DNA of 64,000 nucleotides from an uncultured Anaerolineales bacterium (GTDB lineage: Bacteria > Planctomycetota > Phycisphaerae > FEN-1346), in contig CAZGKW010000007.1 in the NCBI GenBank assembly GCA_964526295.1, positions 5,136 to 69,135 of the forward strand, read 5' to 3'. The notes under the pieces were generated by a model, which saw only the letters and a program-made list of their open reading frames with translations, was not told the origin of the DNA and made no database searches. The translations under genes and the position numbers were made by a program. Below are positions 18,023 to 27,906 of this stretch, one piece after another. Each line of letters begins with the position of its first letter. The first letter of the stretch is position 1.

Positions 18023-19282
18023 ATGGTGCACGTGCGCGGTATGCGGAACTGGGTGAGCGGCATCGGCCTGGCCGGGGCGGCCTTGGCGGCGCTGGCGGCG
18101 ACCGCGGCGGCCGACTGGCCGAAGTACCTCGGCCCGAACGGAAGCGGCGTCGTCACCGATGCCAAGGTCGCCAAGGCGTGGCCCGACGGCGGGCCGCCCG
18201 TCTTCTGGGAGACGGACGTCGGGCCGGGTTTCGGCGGCGCGGCCGTCGTCGACGGTAAGGTCTATCTGCTCGACCGGGTGGGTGAGGAGGGCGACAAGCT
18301 CCGCGTCCTCGACCTCGCCTCCGGGCGCGAGCTGTGGGCGTCCTTTTACGAGGCCCCCGGCAAGGTCGGCCACCACGGTTCCCGCTCGACGCCGACCGTC
18401 GACGCCGGCCGCGTCTACACCGTCGGCCCGTTCGGCCACCTCTACTGCTTCGACACGCGGACTCGCCGGCCCGCCTGGCACGTGGACTTGGCGAAGGACC
18501 TCGGCGCGAAGCGGGGGGGGTGGGCGTTCGCCCAGTCGCCGCTTGTCCACGGCGGCCGCGTCATCGTCTCGATCAAGAGCGCCTCGTGCGGCGCCGCGGC
18601 GTTCGACAAGGCGACCGGCCGGCTCCTGTGGAAGTCCGACCGGATCGGCGGGGCCGACTGCTACACGTCGCCCGCCATCGCCACCGTCGCGGGCGTCGAG
18701 CAGGTCCTCGTCCTCCAGAAAGGGGCGCTCGCCGGGCTCGATCCGGCCGACGGGCGAATCCTCTGGAAGTACGAGGGCTACGCGGGCAAGCGGCCCATCC
18801 CGAACCCGGTCGTCGTCGGCGAGGACCGCATCTTCATCACCTCGGGCTACGGGGCGGGCTGCGCGATGGTCCGCCTCGAGCGCGCGGCGGCGGGCTTCGC
18901 CGTCAAGGAACTCTTCAACGACAAACGCAGCGGCTCGAAGACCTCGCCCGCCCTCTACGCCGACGGGCACATCTACTCGAACACCGAGACCGGCGACGGG
19001 CTCCAGTGCATGACGGCCGACGGCGAGGTCAAGTGGCGGACCGGCCGAAGCCCGAGCTTCCACCTCGGCAGCCTCATCCTGGCCGACGGGGTCCTGTTCG
19101 TCATGGACGGCAAGGGCGGTGTGCTGCACATGGTCGAGGCATCGCCCGAGGGCTACAAGGAGTTCGGCAGGGCCGACGTCCTCGACGGCAAGACGACGTG
19201 GGGGCCGCTCGCCCTTGCCGACGGCAAGCTCCTCGTCCGCGACACATCGACGATGAAGTGCCTCGACGTCGCCGCGAAGTAA
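18023..19282 (+). CDS. PQQ-like beta-propeller repeat protein (BamB-like), secreted
   Basis: Signal peptide. Repeated ...G.VY.....G.L.C.D..TG...W... blades: GRVYTVGPFGHLYCFDTRTRRPAW, ATGRLLWK, ADGRILWKY. Confidence 0.8.
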   Translation: MVHVRGMRNWVSGIGLAGAALAALAATAAADWPKYLGPNGSGVVTDAKVAKAWPDGGPPVFWETDVGPGFGGAAVVDGKVYLLDRVGEEGDKLRVLDLASGRELWASFYEAPGKVGHHGSRSTPTVDAGRVYTVGPFGHLYCFDTRTRRPAWHVDLAKDLGAKRGGWAFAQSPLVHGGRVIVSIKSASCGAAAFDKATGRLLWKSDRIGGADCYTSPAIATVAGVEQVLVLQKGALAGLDPADGRILWKYEGYAGKRPIPNPVVVGEDRIFITSGYGAGCAMVRLERAAAGFAVKELFNDKRSGSKTSPALYADGHIYSNTETGDGLQCMTADGEVKWRTGRSPSFHLGSLILADGVLFVMDGKGGVLHMVEASPEGYKEFGRADVLDGKTTWGPLALADGKLLVRDTSTMKCLDVAAK

Positions 19283-19372
19283 GCCCGCGTACCCGATGCG
19301 GCGGCCCGCGGCGTGGTCATGGCCGGGCCGTGCCGCCGGCCGCAAGCCCACAAGACCCGGAAGGAGGTCGGC

Positions 19373-20518
19373 GTGGAGTATACGCAGCTTGGCAGGACCG
19401 GTGTTCGCGTCTCGCGGCTCGGGTTCGGGGCCATGCGGCTGCCGATGGTCCAGGTCGGAGACGAGCAGTACGTCGACATGGACCGGGCGGTCGAGGCGTT
19501 CCATCGGGCGTTCGAGCTGGGCGTCACCTACGTCGACACGGCGTTCCTCTATTGCTCGCAGCAGAGCGAGTTCGCCGTCGGCCGGGCCCTCCGGGGGCGG
19601 CGCGACCAAGTGGTCCTGACGACCAAGGCGACGAAGCAGCGGATGGCCCGCCAGGGCGACCTCCGACGGATGCTCGACCACCAGCTCCAGCGGCTCGAGG
19701 TCGACTACCTCGACTTCTACCTGTTCCACGGGATCGGCCTGGAGAACTTCCACGAGTTCGACCGCAAAGGCGGGTGGCTCGCCGACATGATGCGGGCCCG
19801 AGACGAGGGCCTCGTCCGCCACGTGGGCTTTTCGTTCCACGACAAGCCTGAGGGCCTCGTGAGGCTCGTCGACCTCGGACACTTCGAGATGCTGACCTGC
19901 CAGTACAACTATCTCGACCGTAAGAACGCCGAGGCGATGGCCTACGCCAGGGAGAGGGGCCTCGGCGTCGTCGTGATGGGCCCGGTGGGCGGGGGACGCC
20001 TGGCCGGCCTGCCGGGGTTCCTCTCCGGCGCCGCCGGGCTCGACACCTCCCATGCCGCCCAGCTCGCCCTGCGGTTCGTCCTGGCGAACCCGAACGTCGA
20101 CGTGGCCCTCTCGGGGATGGGCAGCCGCGAGATGGTCGAGGAGAACGTGGCGGCGGTGGAGGCCGGGCCGCTCTCGGAGGATGAGCACGAGGCCCTCGCC
20201 CGGCTCCTCGAGGAGACGCGCCAGCTCGCCGACCTCTACTGTACCGGCTGCGGCTACTGCATGCCGTGTCCCCAGGGGGTGGACATCCCCGGCCGATTCG
20301 CGGCGATGAACGCCTTCAAGGTCTACCGGATGGAGGACCACGCCCGCCGGAGCTACGCGAACGTCCGCCGCCGGGAGGCGAAGAGCGAAGGGCAGGGCAC
20401 GTGCATCGAGTGCCGCGAGTGCGAGGCCAAGTGCACCCAGGAGATCGCGATCGTCGACCAGCTCCGCGAGACCGATGCCGCCCTGGCCGAGCCGGCCGCC
20501 GCCGCCGCGGCGACGTAG
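19373..20518 (+). CDS. aldo/keto reductase fused to C-terminal 4Fe-4S ferredoxin-like domain
   Basis: GTG at 19373 after AAGGAGG gives VEYTQLGRTGVRVSRLGFGAMRL.... The AKR core is followed by CTGCGYCMPCPQG...CIECRECEAKC Cys clusters. Confidence 0.8.
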   Translation: MEYTQLGRTGVRVSRLGFGAMRLPMVQVGDEQYVDMDRAVEAFHRAFELGVTYVDTAFLYCSQQSEFAVGRALRGRRDQVVLTTKATKQRMARQGDLRRMLDHQLQRLEVDYLDFYLFHGIGLENFHEFDRKGGWLADMMRARDEGLVRHVGFSFHDKPEGLVRLVDLGHFEMLTCQYNYLDRKNAEAMAYARERGLGVVVMGPVGGGRLAGLPGFLSGAAGLDTSHAAQLALRFVLANPNVDVALSGMGSREMVEENVAAVEAGPLSEDEHEALARLLEETRQLADLYCTGCGYCMPCPQGVDIPGRFAAMNAFKVYRMEDHARRSYANVRRREAKSEGQGTCIECRECEAKCTQEIAIVDQLRETDAALAEPAAAAAAT

Positions 20519-20552
20519 GCCGACTTGATACCGTGCGAGGGCCTGCCGGGCG

Positions 20553-21302
20553 TCACCACATGGCCTCCGACAGCTCCCCGTGGCGGTCGATCCAGAGGGA
20601 CGTCTTGTCGGCATCGAGGGCCTTGATCGTCCGGGCGATCGCGCTGCCCGATTCCTCCGGCGCGAGTGTCGCGTTCGGACCGCCCATGTCCGTCCGCACC
20701 CATCCCGGCGAGAGGGCCACCACCGTGATCCCGTCGTCCTTCAGGGCAAAGGCGAGCTGGCGGGTGATCATGTTCAGGGCCGCCTTGCTCGTCCGGTAAT
20801 GGACCATGTCGGGGCCCTTGATGCCCTTCAGGGACCCGGCCCCGGACGAGACGTTGACGATGCGCGGACGGTCGGATTTCCGAAGGAGCGGCAGCATCGC
20901 CCGGGCGACGCGAAGCGGTCCCAGGGCGTTCGTCTCGAACGTCCGCCGCATCTGGTCGAAGTTGATCTCCAGCGGCGAGGCCGGCTCGACCTTCGGGTTG
21001 ATCCCGGCGTTGTTGAGGAGGGCGTCCAGCCGGTCCACCTTGGCGGCTACTTCCTTCGCGGCGGCCGAGGCCGACTCGTCCGAATCGACGTCCAGTTCGA
21101 CGACGTGGACCGTCTCGGGGTGGTCATCGCGGAGGGCCTTGAGATCGCCGGCGTCGTCCGGCCACCGGCACGCCGCCACGACCGTGTCGCCGGCGGCCAC
21201 CAGGGCCCGGGCGACCTCCAGGCCGATGCCGCGGTTTGCTCCCGTCACGAGGACAATCTCCGGCACGGATGGCCCCTTTCGTCGGTTAAGAGGCTGTTTC
21301 AT
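20553..21302 (-). CDS. SDR-family short-chain dehydrogenase/reductase
   Basis: MKQPLNRRKGPSVPEIVLVTGANRGIGLEVAR is a TGxxxGIG cofactor-binding motif. It also has NNAG and Y..SKAA catalytic motifs. The track ORF extends 23 codons further upstream, to 21371. Confidence 0.85.
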   Translation of the reverse strand: MKQPLNRRKGPSVPEIVLVTGANRGIGLEVARALVAAGDTVVAACRWPDDAGDLKALRDDHPETVHVVELDVDSDESASAAAKEVAAKVDRLDALLNNAGINPKVEPASPLEINFDQMRRTFETNALGPLRVARAMLPLLRKSDRPRIVNVSSGAGSLKGIKGPDMVHYRTSKAALNMITRQLAFALKDDGITVVALSPGWVRTDMGGPNATLAPEESGSAIARTIKALDADKTSLWIDRHGELSEAMW

Positions 21303-21489
21303 CGCTTCCCTCTCCCCCTCGCGGGAAAGGGGCGGGGGGAGGGGGCTGAGAGCGACTGAGACAGCCTTCATGCATCTGCGGGACAGGGTTATCCTAGACC
21401 CGTCCGACAGGCGGGGTCAAGCGCGGCCGAATGTGCCAGAGGGCCGGACGAGATCGGCGGCCCGCGAGGCCGGCCGCGGCGGTCTGTGA

Positions 21490-23223
21490 ATGACAGGAGC
21501 GGGCCAGATGATGGCGCGAATGCGTCGGATGGCATCGGGCCTTGCGGCGATCGCCCTGCTGGCGGCCGCATGCGGACCACGCGCCTTGGCGGCGGAGGAG
21601 ACGGTCGTCGGCTATCGCGGCGACGGGACGTGCGTCTTCCCCGGCTCGGACCCGCCCATCGACTGGGACGAGCAGACCGGCCGCAACATCCTGTGGAAGA
21701 CGCCCCTGCCGCACTTCGGCCACAGCAGCCCCATCGTCGTCCGACCGGCCTCCGGCGGCCCGGGCCGGGTGTTCCTCACGTGCGAGCCGGGCTGGAAGCA
21801 CGACTTCCCGCTGCTTCTCTGCCTCGACGCCGACACCGGCCGCATCCTCTGGCAGCGCGAGGTCAACCACCTGCCCGTCGCGCCGGTCTCGGACGCGGAG
21901 CGGGCCGAGATCGCCCGGACTTGGCACGACCTGATGGCCCGGTACCGGCAGGCGTACGGGACCTTTTACGAGTGGCTGCACGGCGACCGTGACGCGGCCC
22001 AGAAGCAGTTTGAGGCCGCCGGCTTCCAGTTCCGCGGCTACAAGGGCGGCGGGTACGGCCAGCTCCGCTCCATGCGGTTCGCCGACGCCGACGCCCACAA
22101 GCACCGGATGAAGACCCTCAAGGCCGCCGGCCTCGAGCTGAACACGTGGCAGCACAACTGCGGCATGGGCACCCACTGCGTCGGCCAGACGTTCGCCACC
22201 CCGGTGAGCGACGGCCGGTTCGTCTACCTCGCCACGTCGTTCCACAGTTTCTCCTGCTGGGACCTGGACGGGGACCTCCGGTGGATGCGGCTGGACCACG
22301 GCGAGTTCAGCCTCCGGGGCAACGACTACTGCAAGAACGCCCGCTCGCCGCTCCTCTATAAGGACCTTTTTATCAGCGACGTCGGCAACATCGTCCGGGC
22401 GTTCGACCGTCGAACCGGCGAGCTGCGGTGGTCGCACAGCTACTTCGGCAGCCACACGATCTTCACACCGGTCGTGATCACGGTCGGCGGGACGGACGTC
22501 CTGCTGTGCGTCGACGCCCACGCCTTTCGCCTGCCCGGCGGCGAACCGCTCGACGTGACCGGCTACCGCCAGTTCGGCGCGAGCGGCGTCGTCAACACCG
22601 ACGAGCCCGACGTCGTCTTCTTCAGCGGCGGCGGGGAGCACGGCGGATGGGAGGGCAAGGGCCAGTGCCCGACGCCCCCGCCCGCCGCCGTCCGGTTCCG
22701 GCTCGAAGGCGACCGCCTCGTCGGGACGCCCCTCTGGTGCGGCATCGACGGCGAGATCGTCCGCGAGCACGTCGGCCTGACGTACTACCGCGGCGAGCTG
22801 TTCCATCCGCAGGGGTTCGTCGTGGACGCCGCGACGGGGAAGCTCCTCCGCGGCAGCCGCGAGAAGCGGGGGCCCCGGGCCGTCCCGCAGACGAGGCACC
22901 TCCTCCTGGTCGCCGGCGACCGGACCTACGGCCTTCGCGAGGGTCGCCGCGGGCGCCACGAGTGGGAGGAGTCGCAGATCGGCATCGCCGAGGTCTACTC
23001 CCTCGACGGCCGAAAGCTGGCCGAGAGCACCCTCACGAACCTGCCCGTCGAGGGCGAGAAACGCGACCAGGTCCGCCAGACCGTCGGCTACGAGAAGTGG
23101 CAGTTCAGCTACGCCTGTCCGTTCACGATCGCCGGCGACCGGCTCTACGTCCGGTGCAACGACTACATCGTCTGCATCGCGGATACGTCCAAGGCCCGGC
23201 GCACTGAGGCGGCGGCGCGGTGA
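21490..23223 (+). CDS. secreted PQQ-like beta-propeller repeat protein
   Basis: Signal peptide (MMARMRRMASGLAAIALLAAAC). Blades such as LLCLDADTGRILWQREV, RAFDRRTGELRWSH and VVDAATGKLLRG are visible. Confidence 0.6.
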   Translation: MTGAGQMMARMRRMASGLAAIALLAAACGPRALAAEETVVGYRGDGTCVFPGSDPPIDWDEQTGRNILWKTPLPHFGHSSPIVVRPASGGPGRVFLTCEPGWKHDFPLLLCLDADTGRILWQREVNHLPVAPVSDAERAEIARTWHDLMARYRQAYGTFYEWLHGDRDAAQKQFEAAGFQFRGYKGGGYGQLRSMRFADADAHKHRMKTLKAAGLELNTWQHNCGMGTHCVGQTFATPVSDGRFVYLATSFHSFSCWDLDGDLRWMRLDHGEFSLRGNDYCKNARSPLLYKDLFISDVGNIVRAFDRRTGELRWSHSYFGSHTIFTPVVITVGGTDVLLCVDAHAFRLPGGEPLDVTGYRQFGASGVVNTDEPDVVFFSGGGEHGGWEGKGQCPTPPPAAVRFRLEGDRLVGTPLWCGIDGEIVREHVGLTYYRGELFHPQGFVVDAATGKLLRGSREKRGPRAVPQTRHLLLVAGDRTYGLREGRRGRHEWEESQIGIAEVYSLDGRKLAESTLTNLPVEGEKRDQVRQTVGYEKWQFSYACPFTIAGDRLYVRCNDYIVCIADTSKARRTEAAAR

Positions 23224-23261
23224 CCGCGCTGCCTGTCAATGACCGAGGAAGGCTTGGCGCT

Positions 23262-24788
23262 ATGACGTCGATGCTTTTCATGGCATGCGTTGCCGCGGTG
23301 CTCCTTGGTGTTGGTGCACGCGCGTCGGCCGCCCCTGCCGCTGTGCCCGCAGCGACAGTCGCGCCCGGGTTTCGCCCCGCCCGGCCGCTCGGCGGCGCCG
23401 CCGAGGACCATCTCGACGTCGCCTACCTCCCCGACCGCGTCGTCGACGCGTGGGAGGACCGGTGGGTCCGCATGAACGTTCACGTGCCGGCCGGCGGCGG
23501 GCCGTTTCCGTGCATCCTGTTCGTCCACGGCGGCGGATACGGCGGGGGCGACAAGGACGGCGGGTACGGGGGCGCCGGGCCCCCGCCGCGGGAGGTCATG
23601 GAGCGGGCCGTCCGCGAGGGCTACGTCGTCGCCAACCTGAACTACATCCTCAACCACGGCGGCCGGGGCTTGCCGCAAATCTGGTGGGACTTTCGCAGCG
23701 CCGTCCGGTTTCTCCGCGGCCGCGCGGCGGCGTACCGGATCGATCCGGGCCGCATCGCCGCGTGGGGCATCTCGGCGGGCGGATGGCTCGCCTCGTCGGC
23801 CTCCTTCTCCACCGCCGACGACCTCCAGCCGACCGAGCTGACGGCCATCGACCTGGACCGTGGGGCCCGGCGGCGGATGCGGATCGGCGTCCCGATGGAC
23901 GCCCCGCGGCCGGTGTATCCGGCCGAGAGCTCGCGCCTGTCGGCCATCGTGGCCGACTTTTGGCAACATGCGGAGCTGCTGGCGCCCGACGATCCGGCCC
24001 TCCTGACGTTCGTCGGCGAAGGCGCGAGGCACAAGAAGGCCGACCTGGTGGCGCAGGGCGGCATCGACTTCACGGCCCTCGTCCTGACGGGCGAGAAGTA
24101 TCGCGCCGCGACCTCCGTTCACGTCCCGAAGTCGACAGCGCCCGCGGTGCCGCTGGACGGGGGAGAGGGTCCGAGCACGCTGGCCGACGAGGCCATGAAG
24201 TGGCTCGCGAAGCGGCTGAAGACGGACCGGCGGAGCGTGCCGCCGGAGTTTCGCCCGAACCGCCGCTTCTTCGCCGACCGCGTCCGGGTGACGCTCGTCC
24301 CGCCCGCGCCCGATGCAGCCATCCACTTCACCATCGACGACACCGCCCCGACGCCCCGCTCACCTCGCAGCGAGGGGCCGATCGGTCTGGCCGAGACGAC
24401 CACGGTCAAGGCCGTCACGGTGCGAAGGGGCGAGCGTCCGTCGGCCGTGGCGTCGGCGACGTTCGTGCGCGGCGGCGGGCCGCCGGCCATCGTCCGGCCC
24501 GAGGGCCTCCGCCTGCCGGACGCCAAGGTGGGCACGCCCTACGAAGTGCAGTTCGCCGCCGAGGAGGCCGACGAGGTCGTGTGGAACCTGACGGGGCACC
24601 TCCAGCCGACCAAGCCGCGGCACGGCCGCGAGGTCGTCAGCCCCGTCGGCCTGGCCCTCGATCGCGGGACGGGCGTCCTGGCCGGTACGCCGACCCGCGC
24701 CGGGGCGTTCACGTTCCAGGTGCAGGCGGCCCGAGGGATTGGCGAGCCCGCCGACGCCCGGACGTACCTGCTCGTCGTCGAACCCTGA
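23262..24788 (+). CDS. secreted alpha/beta-hydrolase (esterase) with C-terminal chitobiase/Ig-like domains
   Basis: Signal peptide MTSMLFMACVAAVLLGVGARASA. The protein has PCILFVHGGGY and the nucleophile elbow GISAGG. The C-terminal ...AIHFTIDDTAPTPRS... is CHB_HEX_C-like. The track ORF starts at an upstream GTG at 23220. Confidence 0.75.
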   Translation: MTSMLFMACVAAVLLGVGARASAAPAAVPAATVAPGFRPARPLGGAAEDHLDVAYLPDRVVDAWEDRWVRMNVHVPAGGGPFPCILFVHGGGYGGGDKDGGYGGAGPPPREVMERAVREGYVVANLNYILNHGGRGLPQIWWDFRSAVRFLRGRAAAYRIDPGRIAAWGISAGGWLASSASFSTADDLQPTELTAIDLDRGARRRMRIGVPMDAPRPVYPAESSRLSAIVADFWQHAELLAPDDPALLTFVGEGARHKKADLVAQGGIDFTALVLTGEKYRAATSVHVPKSTAPAVPLDGGEGPSTLADEAMKWLAKRLKTDRRSVPPEFRPNRRFFADRVRVTLVPPAPDAAIHFTIDDTAPTPRSPRSEGPIGLAETTTVKAVTVRRGERPSAVASATFVRGGGPPAIVRPEGLRLPDAKVGTPYEVQFAAEEADEVVWNLTGHLQPTKPRHGREVVSPVGLALDRGTGVLAGTPTRAGAFTFQVQAARGIGEPADARTYLLVVEP

Positions 24789-24932
24789 CCGGCCCGCCCG
24801 CCGACCCGGCCGCGTTGCGTCCTGACGAGGCGCCGCGAAGCGGGAACACCGTTGCTTTCTCCGCCCCGCGGGGTTAGACGAAGAGGCCGAATCGCGAGCA
24901 GCGGAGTCCATGCAGCCACAGGAGGCGTACCG

Positions 24933-26027
24933 ATGAGGATGAGCGGCAAGGCAATGAGCTGGGTCGTGGCGACCGTCATGGCGGCGACGGTCGCGCTGGC
25001 CTGGACGAGTGCCGAGTGTGCCCCGAAAGGGCCGGCGTACGCCTCGGTCGAGGAGGCCCGCAAGACCGGGCCCGGCTACGACCTCCAGGGCGAGTACGAG
25101 GGCACCGTCGGCGGAGAGAAGATCGGCGTTCAGGTCATCGCCCTCGGCAGCGACCAGTTCCAGGCCGTCTTCCTGCCGGGGGGTCTGCCGGGCGCCGGCT
25201 GGGACGAAAAGACCAAGGTCCTGTGCCAGGGCAAGCTCGACGGCGACACCGTCGCCTTCGGGCCCGCGGCGGGGGATCGCAAGTACATGGCCGGCAAGCC
25301 CGAGGAGTTCAGCGCCACCAAGCAGTTCCCGCCCGAGGGGCAGAAGCCCTACACCGCCACGCTCAAAGACGGCAAACTGAGCGGCAAGACCGACGCCGGG
25401 GAGCCCATCGAGGCGAAGCGCGTCGAGCGGAAGGGCCCTACGCTCGAGATGAAGCCGCCCGCCGGCGCGATCGTCCTGCTCCCTTACGAGGCGGGCCAGC
25501 CCACCTCGCTCGAGGAGTGGACGAACCAGGATTGGGACGTCAAGGGGCACGGCGGTGTCACCGTGACGAAGGGCAGCAACAAGACGAAGAAGACGTTCAG
25601 CGGCCCGTGGCGGATGCACCTGGAGTTCAAGACGCCTTTCCAGCCGACGGCCCGCAGCCAGGGGCGGGGCAACAGCGGCGTCTTTCCGCCGGGGGGACGC
25701 GAGATCCAGGTCCTCGACTCGTTCGGCCTGGAAGGGCTGCCTAACGAGTGCGGAGGCATCTACAAGAGCCATGCCCCCCGAGTGAACATGTGCCTCCCGC
25801 CCCTCCAGTGGCAGACCTACGACGTCTGGTACTACCCGGCGAAGCGGGGCGACGACGGCAAGATCGCCCAGCCCGCCTGGTACAAGGTGGTCCACAACGG
25901 CGTCACCATCCACGAGAAGGTGGACCTGGGCGAGGGCAAGGAAGGCGCCCTGAGCCTCCAGGACCACCGCAACCCGGTTTCGTATCGCAACATCTGGATC
26001 GAGCCGGAGCGGCCCGGCGCGGAATGA
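24933..26027 (+). CDS. DUF1080 / 3-keto-disaccharide hydrolase-family (LamG-like jelly roll) protein
   Basis: ATG at 24933 after AGGAGG, then a signal peptide. The C-terminal region WRMHLEFK...GNSGVF...EIQVLDS...GGIYK...LSLQDHRNPVSYRNIWIE matches DUF1080. Confidence 0.8.
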   Translation: MRMSGKAMSWVVATVMAATVALAWTSAECAPKGPAYASVEEARKTGPGYDLQGEYEGTVGGEKIGVQVIALGSDQFQAVFLPGGLPGAGWDEKTKVLCQGKLDGDTVAFGPAAGDRKYMAGKPEEFSATKQFPPEGQKPYTATLKDGKLSGKTDAGEPIEAKRVERKGPTLEMKPPAGAIVLLPYEAGQPTSLEEWTNQDWDVKGHGGVTVTKGSNKTKKTFSGPWRMHLEFKTPFQPTARSQGRGNSGVFPPGGREIQVLDSFGLEGLPNECGGIYKSHAPRVNMCLPPLQWQTYDVWYYPAKRGDDGKIAQPAWYKVVHNGVTIHEKVDLGEGKEGALSLQDHRNPVSYRNIWIEPERPGAE

Positions 26028-26063
26028 GTGCGGCGGGGTACTGCGCGTGACCAGCGCGGACCG

Positions 26064-26984
26064 CTACGCTTCGCGGAACAGCTCCACGGCGCCGTAGAGG
26101 ACCGCCTCGTCCCACAGGGCCGCCCGGCGGATGGGCACGTCCGCCAAGCCTTCCACATCGATCAGGCGGCGGAACCGTTCCCGGACAGGCTCGACCATCC
26201 ACGCCGGGTCCCGGCACAGGCCTCCGGCGAGGGTCACGACGTCCGGCGCCAGGAGCTCGACGACGAACGCGAGCGCCGCCGCCAGCACGTCCCGGGCCCG
26301 CTCGACCACCCGGACCGCCACCGGGTCGCCCGCCTCCATGGCCGCTACGACGGCCTCCGCGGTCAGGCCCTCGCGGGGCAGACCGGTTTCCTCGCCGCGG
26401 GCCATCCGCTCCAGGGCCCGCTTCACCAGTCCTGTGCCGGAGGCCGTGTCGTTGAGGTTCGGCAGGTCGGGCTCCCCCTGGAAGGCCCCCGGCCGGAAGC
26501 ACCAGATGTCGCCGGCCAGGCCCCGGTGCCCCTGCCATATTCGCCCGTCGACGACGGTCCCCGTCCCGAGGCCCGTGCTGATCGTCATGTAAAAGAGGCC
26601 CCGGCAGCCCCGGCCGCTGCCGTGGAGCGCTTCGCCCAGGGCCCCGGCGTTGGCATCGTTCTCCAGGCGAACCGGGACGCCGAGCCGCTCGCTCAATCGG
26701 GCCGCGAGGGGGAAGTCCCGCCACTCGGGCAGGTTCGGCGGCGCGAGCACGACGCCGTCCGCCTGGCTCAGCGGTCCGGGGCACCCGACACCCACGCCGC
26801 CGAGAGGCGCGGGCAGATTTGCCTCCGCGATGGCGTTGCCGATCAGCCGGGCGGCGGCGTCCGGGTCCCGAGGCGTGGCGGCGCGGAGGAGCGTCTCGAT
26901 CCGCTCGCCGCGGAAGTGCCCGATTTGCGTCTTCGTGCCGCCGATGTCGACGCCGACGATGGTCCCTGGCTGGGCCACGGTCAT
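26064..26984 (-). CDS. ROK-family sugar kinase (glucokinase/N-acetylglucosamine kinase-like)
   Basis: MTVAQPGTIVGVDIGGTKTQ is the N-terminal ATPase motif. ...LENDANAGALGE... and GLGTGTVVDG are ROK signatures. Confidence 0.85.
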   Translation of the reverse strand: MTVAQPGTIVGVDIGGTKTQIGHFRGERIETLLRAATPRDPDAAARLIGNAIAEANLPAPLGGVGVGCPGPLSQADGVVLAPPNLPEWRDFPLAARLSERLGVPVRLENDANAGALGEALHGSGRGCRGLFYMTISTGLGTGTVVDGRIWQGHRGLAGDIWCFRPGAFQGEPDLPNLNDTASGTGLVKRALERMARGEETGLPREGLTAEAVVAAMEAGDPVAVRVVERARDVLAAALAFVVELLAPDVVTLAGGLCRDPAWMVEPVRERFRRLIDVEGLADVPIRRAALWDEAVLYGAVELFREA

Positions 26985-26988
26985 GACC

Positions 26989-27903
26989 TTACTCGCTCAG
27001 GCAGCGGACGCCTTCGGCCGCGGCGGCCGCCGCGAGCCGCTCGACCTCCTCGTCCGGCAGCGGCGCCTCGTATGCTCCGTACGCATACGCTCGTCCGAGG
27101 CGCCGATATTTCGACCGGGCGAGCGGATTGAAGTTGATCAGCTCGACCGGCACCCGCTCGTCGACTTCGCGGACGTACCGGGCGACGGCCCGGACGTTCT
27201 CCTCGGTGGCCGTCACGGCGGGGATGAGCGGCACGCGGACGCGGACGTTCGTCCCGCGCCGGCAAAGCGCCTCGAAGTTCGCCCGGATCGGGTCGCTTGG
27301 GCGGCCGGTCAGCTCCTCGTGCCGCGCCGAGTCGGTCAGCTTCAGGTCGACCAGGAACAGGTCCACCAGGTCGACCAGTGGCTCGACCGTCTCGGGCGCG
27401 GCGAAGAGGCACGTCTCGATGGCCGTGTGCAACCCCTCCTCGCGGCAGAGGCCCAGCACCTCGCGGCTGAAGGCCGCCTGAAACAGCGGGTCGCCGCCCG
27501 AGAGCGTCACGCCCCCGCCGGAGGTCTCGTAGAACACGCGGTCCTTGAGGACCTCCTCGACGACCTCGGCGGCGCCCATCTCGCGGGCGTCGAACTCGAG
27601 CGCCGCCGAGGGGCATTCCCGGACGCACGCGCCGCAGACGGTGCACCGCTCGCGGTGGATGCGGACGGCCGGCTCCCCCTCGGCCTCGCCCGCCGAGAGG
27701 GCGTCCTCGGGGCAGACCTCGATACATCGATGGCACCGGATGCATCGGCCCTCGGTGTACCAGATGCCGATCTCCGGCGCGATGCCCTCCGGGTTCTGGC
27801 ACCACGGGCACGCCAGGGGGCACCCCTTGAGGAACACCGTCGTCCGGATGCCCGGCCCGTCGTGGACCGCGAATCGCTTGATGTCGAACACCGTGCCGCG
27901 CAA
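26989..27903 (-). CDS. glycyl-radical enzyme activating protein (radical SAM, PFL-AE family)
   Basis: CPLACPWC is a CX3CX2C radical SAM motif. An internal ferredoxin-like C-rich insert (CIRCHRCIEVCP...CTVCGACVRECP) is present. It sits immediately downstream of GRE-1. Confidence 0.9.
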   Translation of the reverse strand: MRGTVFDIKRFAVHDGPGIRTTVFLKGCPLACPWCQNPEGIAPEIGIWYTEGRCIRCHRCIEVCPEDALSAGEAEGEPAVRIHRERCTVCGACVRECPSAALEFDAREMGAAEVVEEVLKDRVFYETSGGGVTLSGGDPLFQAAFSREVLGLCREEGLHTAIETCLFAAPETVEPLVDLVDLFLVDLKLTDSARHEELTGRPSDPIRANFEALCRRGTNVRVRVPLIPAVTATEENVRAVARYVREVDERVPVELINFNPLARSKYRRLGRAYAYGAYEAPLPDEEVERLAAAAAAEGVRCLSE

Positions 27904-27906
27904 CGC

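Noticed and set aside
17156-20614. 1152-aa minus-strand ORF
   Set aside because: It is antisense to the rhodanese, PQQ-propeller and AKR-ferredoxin genes, all of which have clear family motifs, and it has a low-complexity translation.
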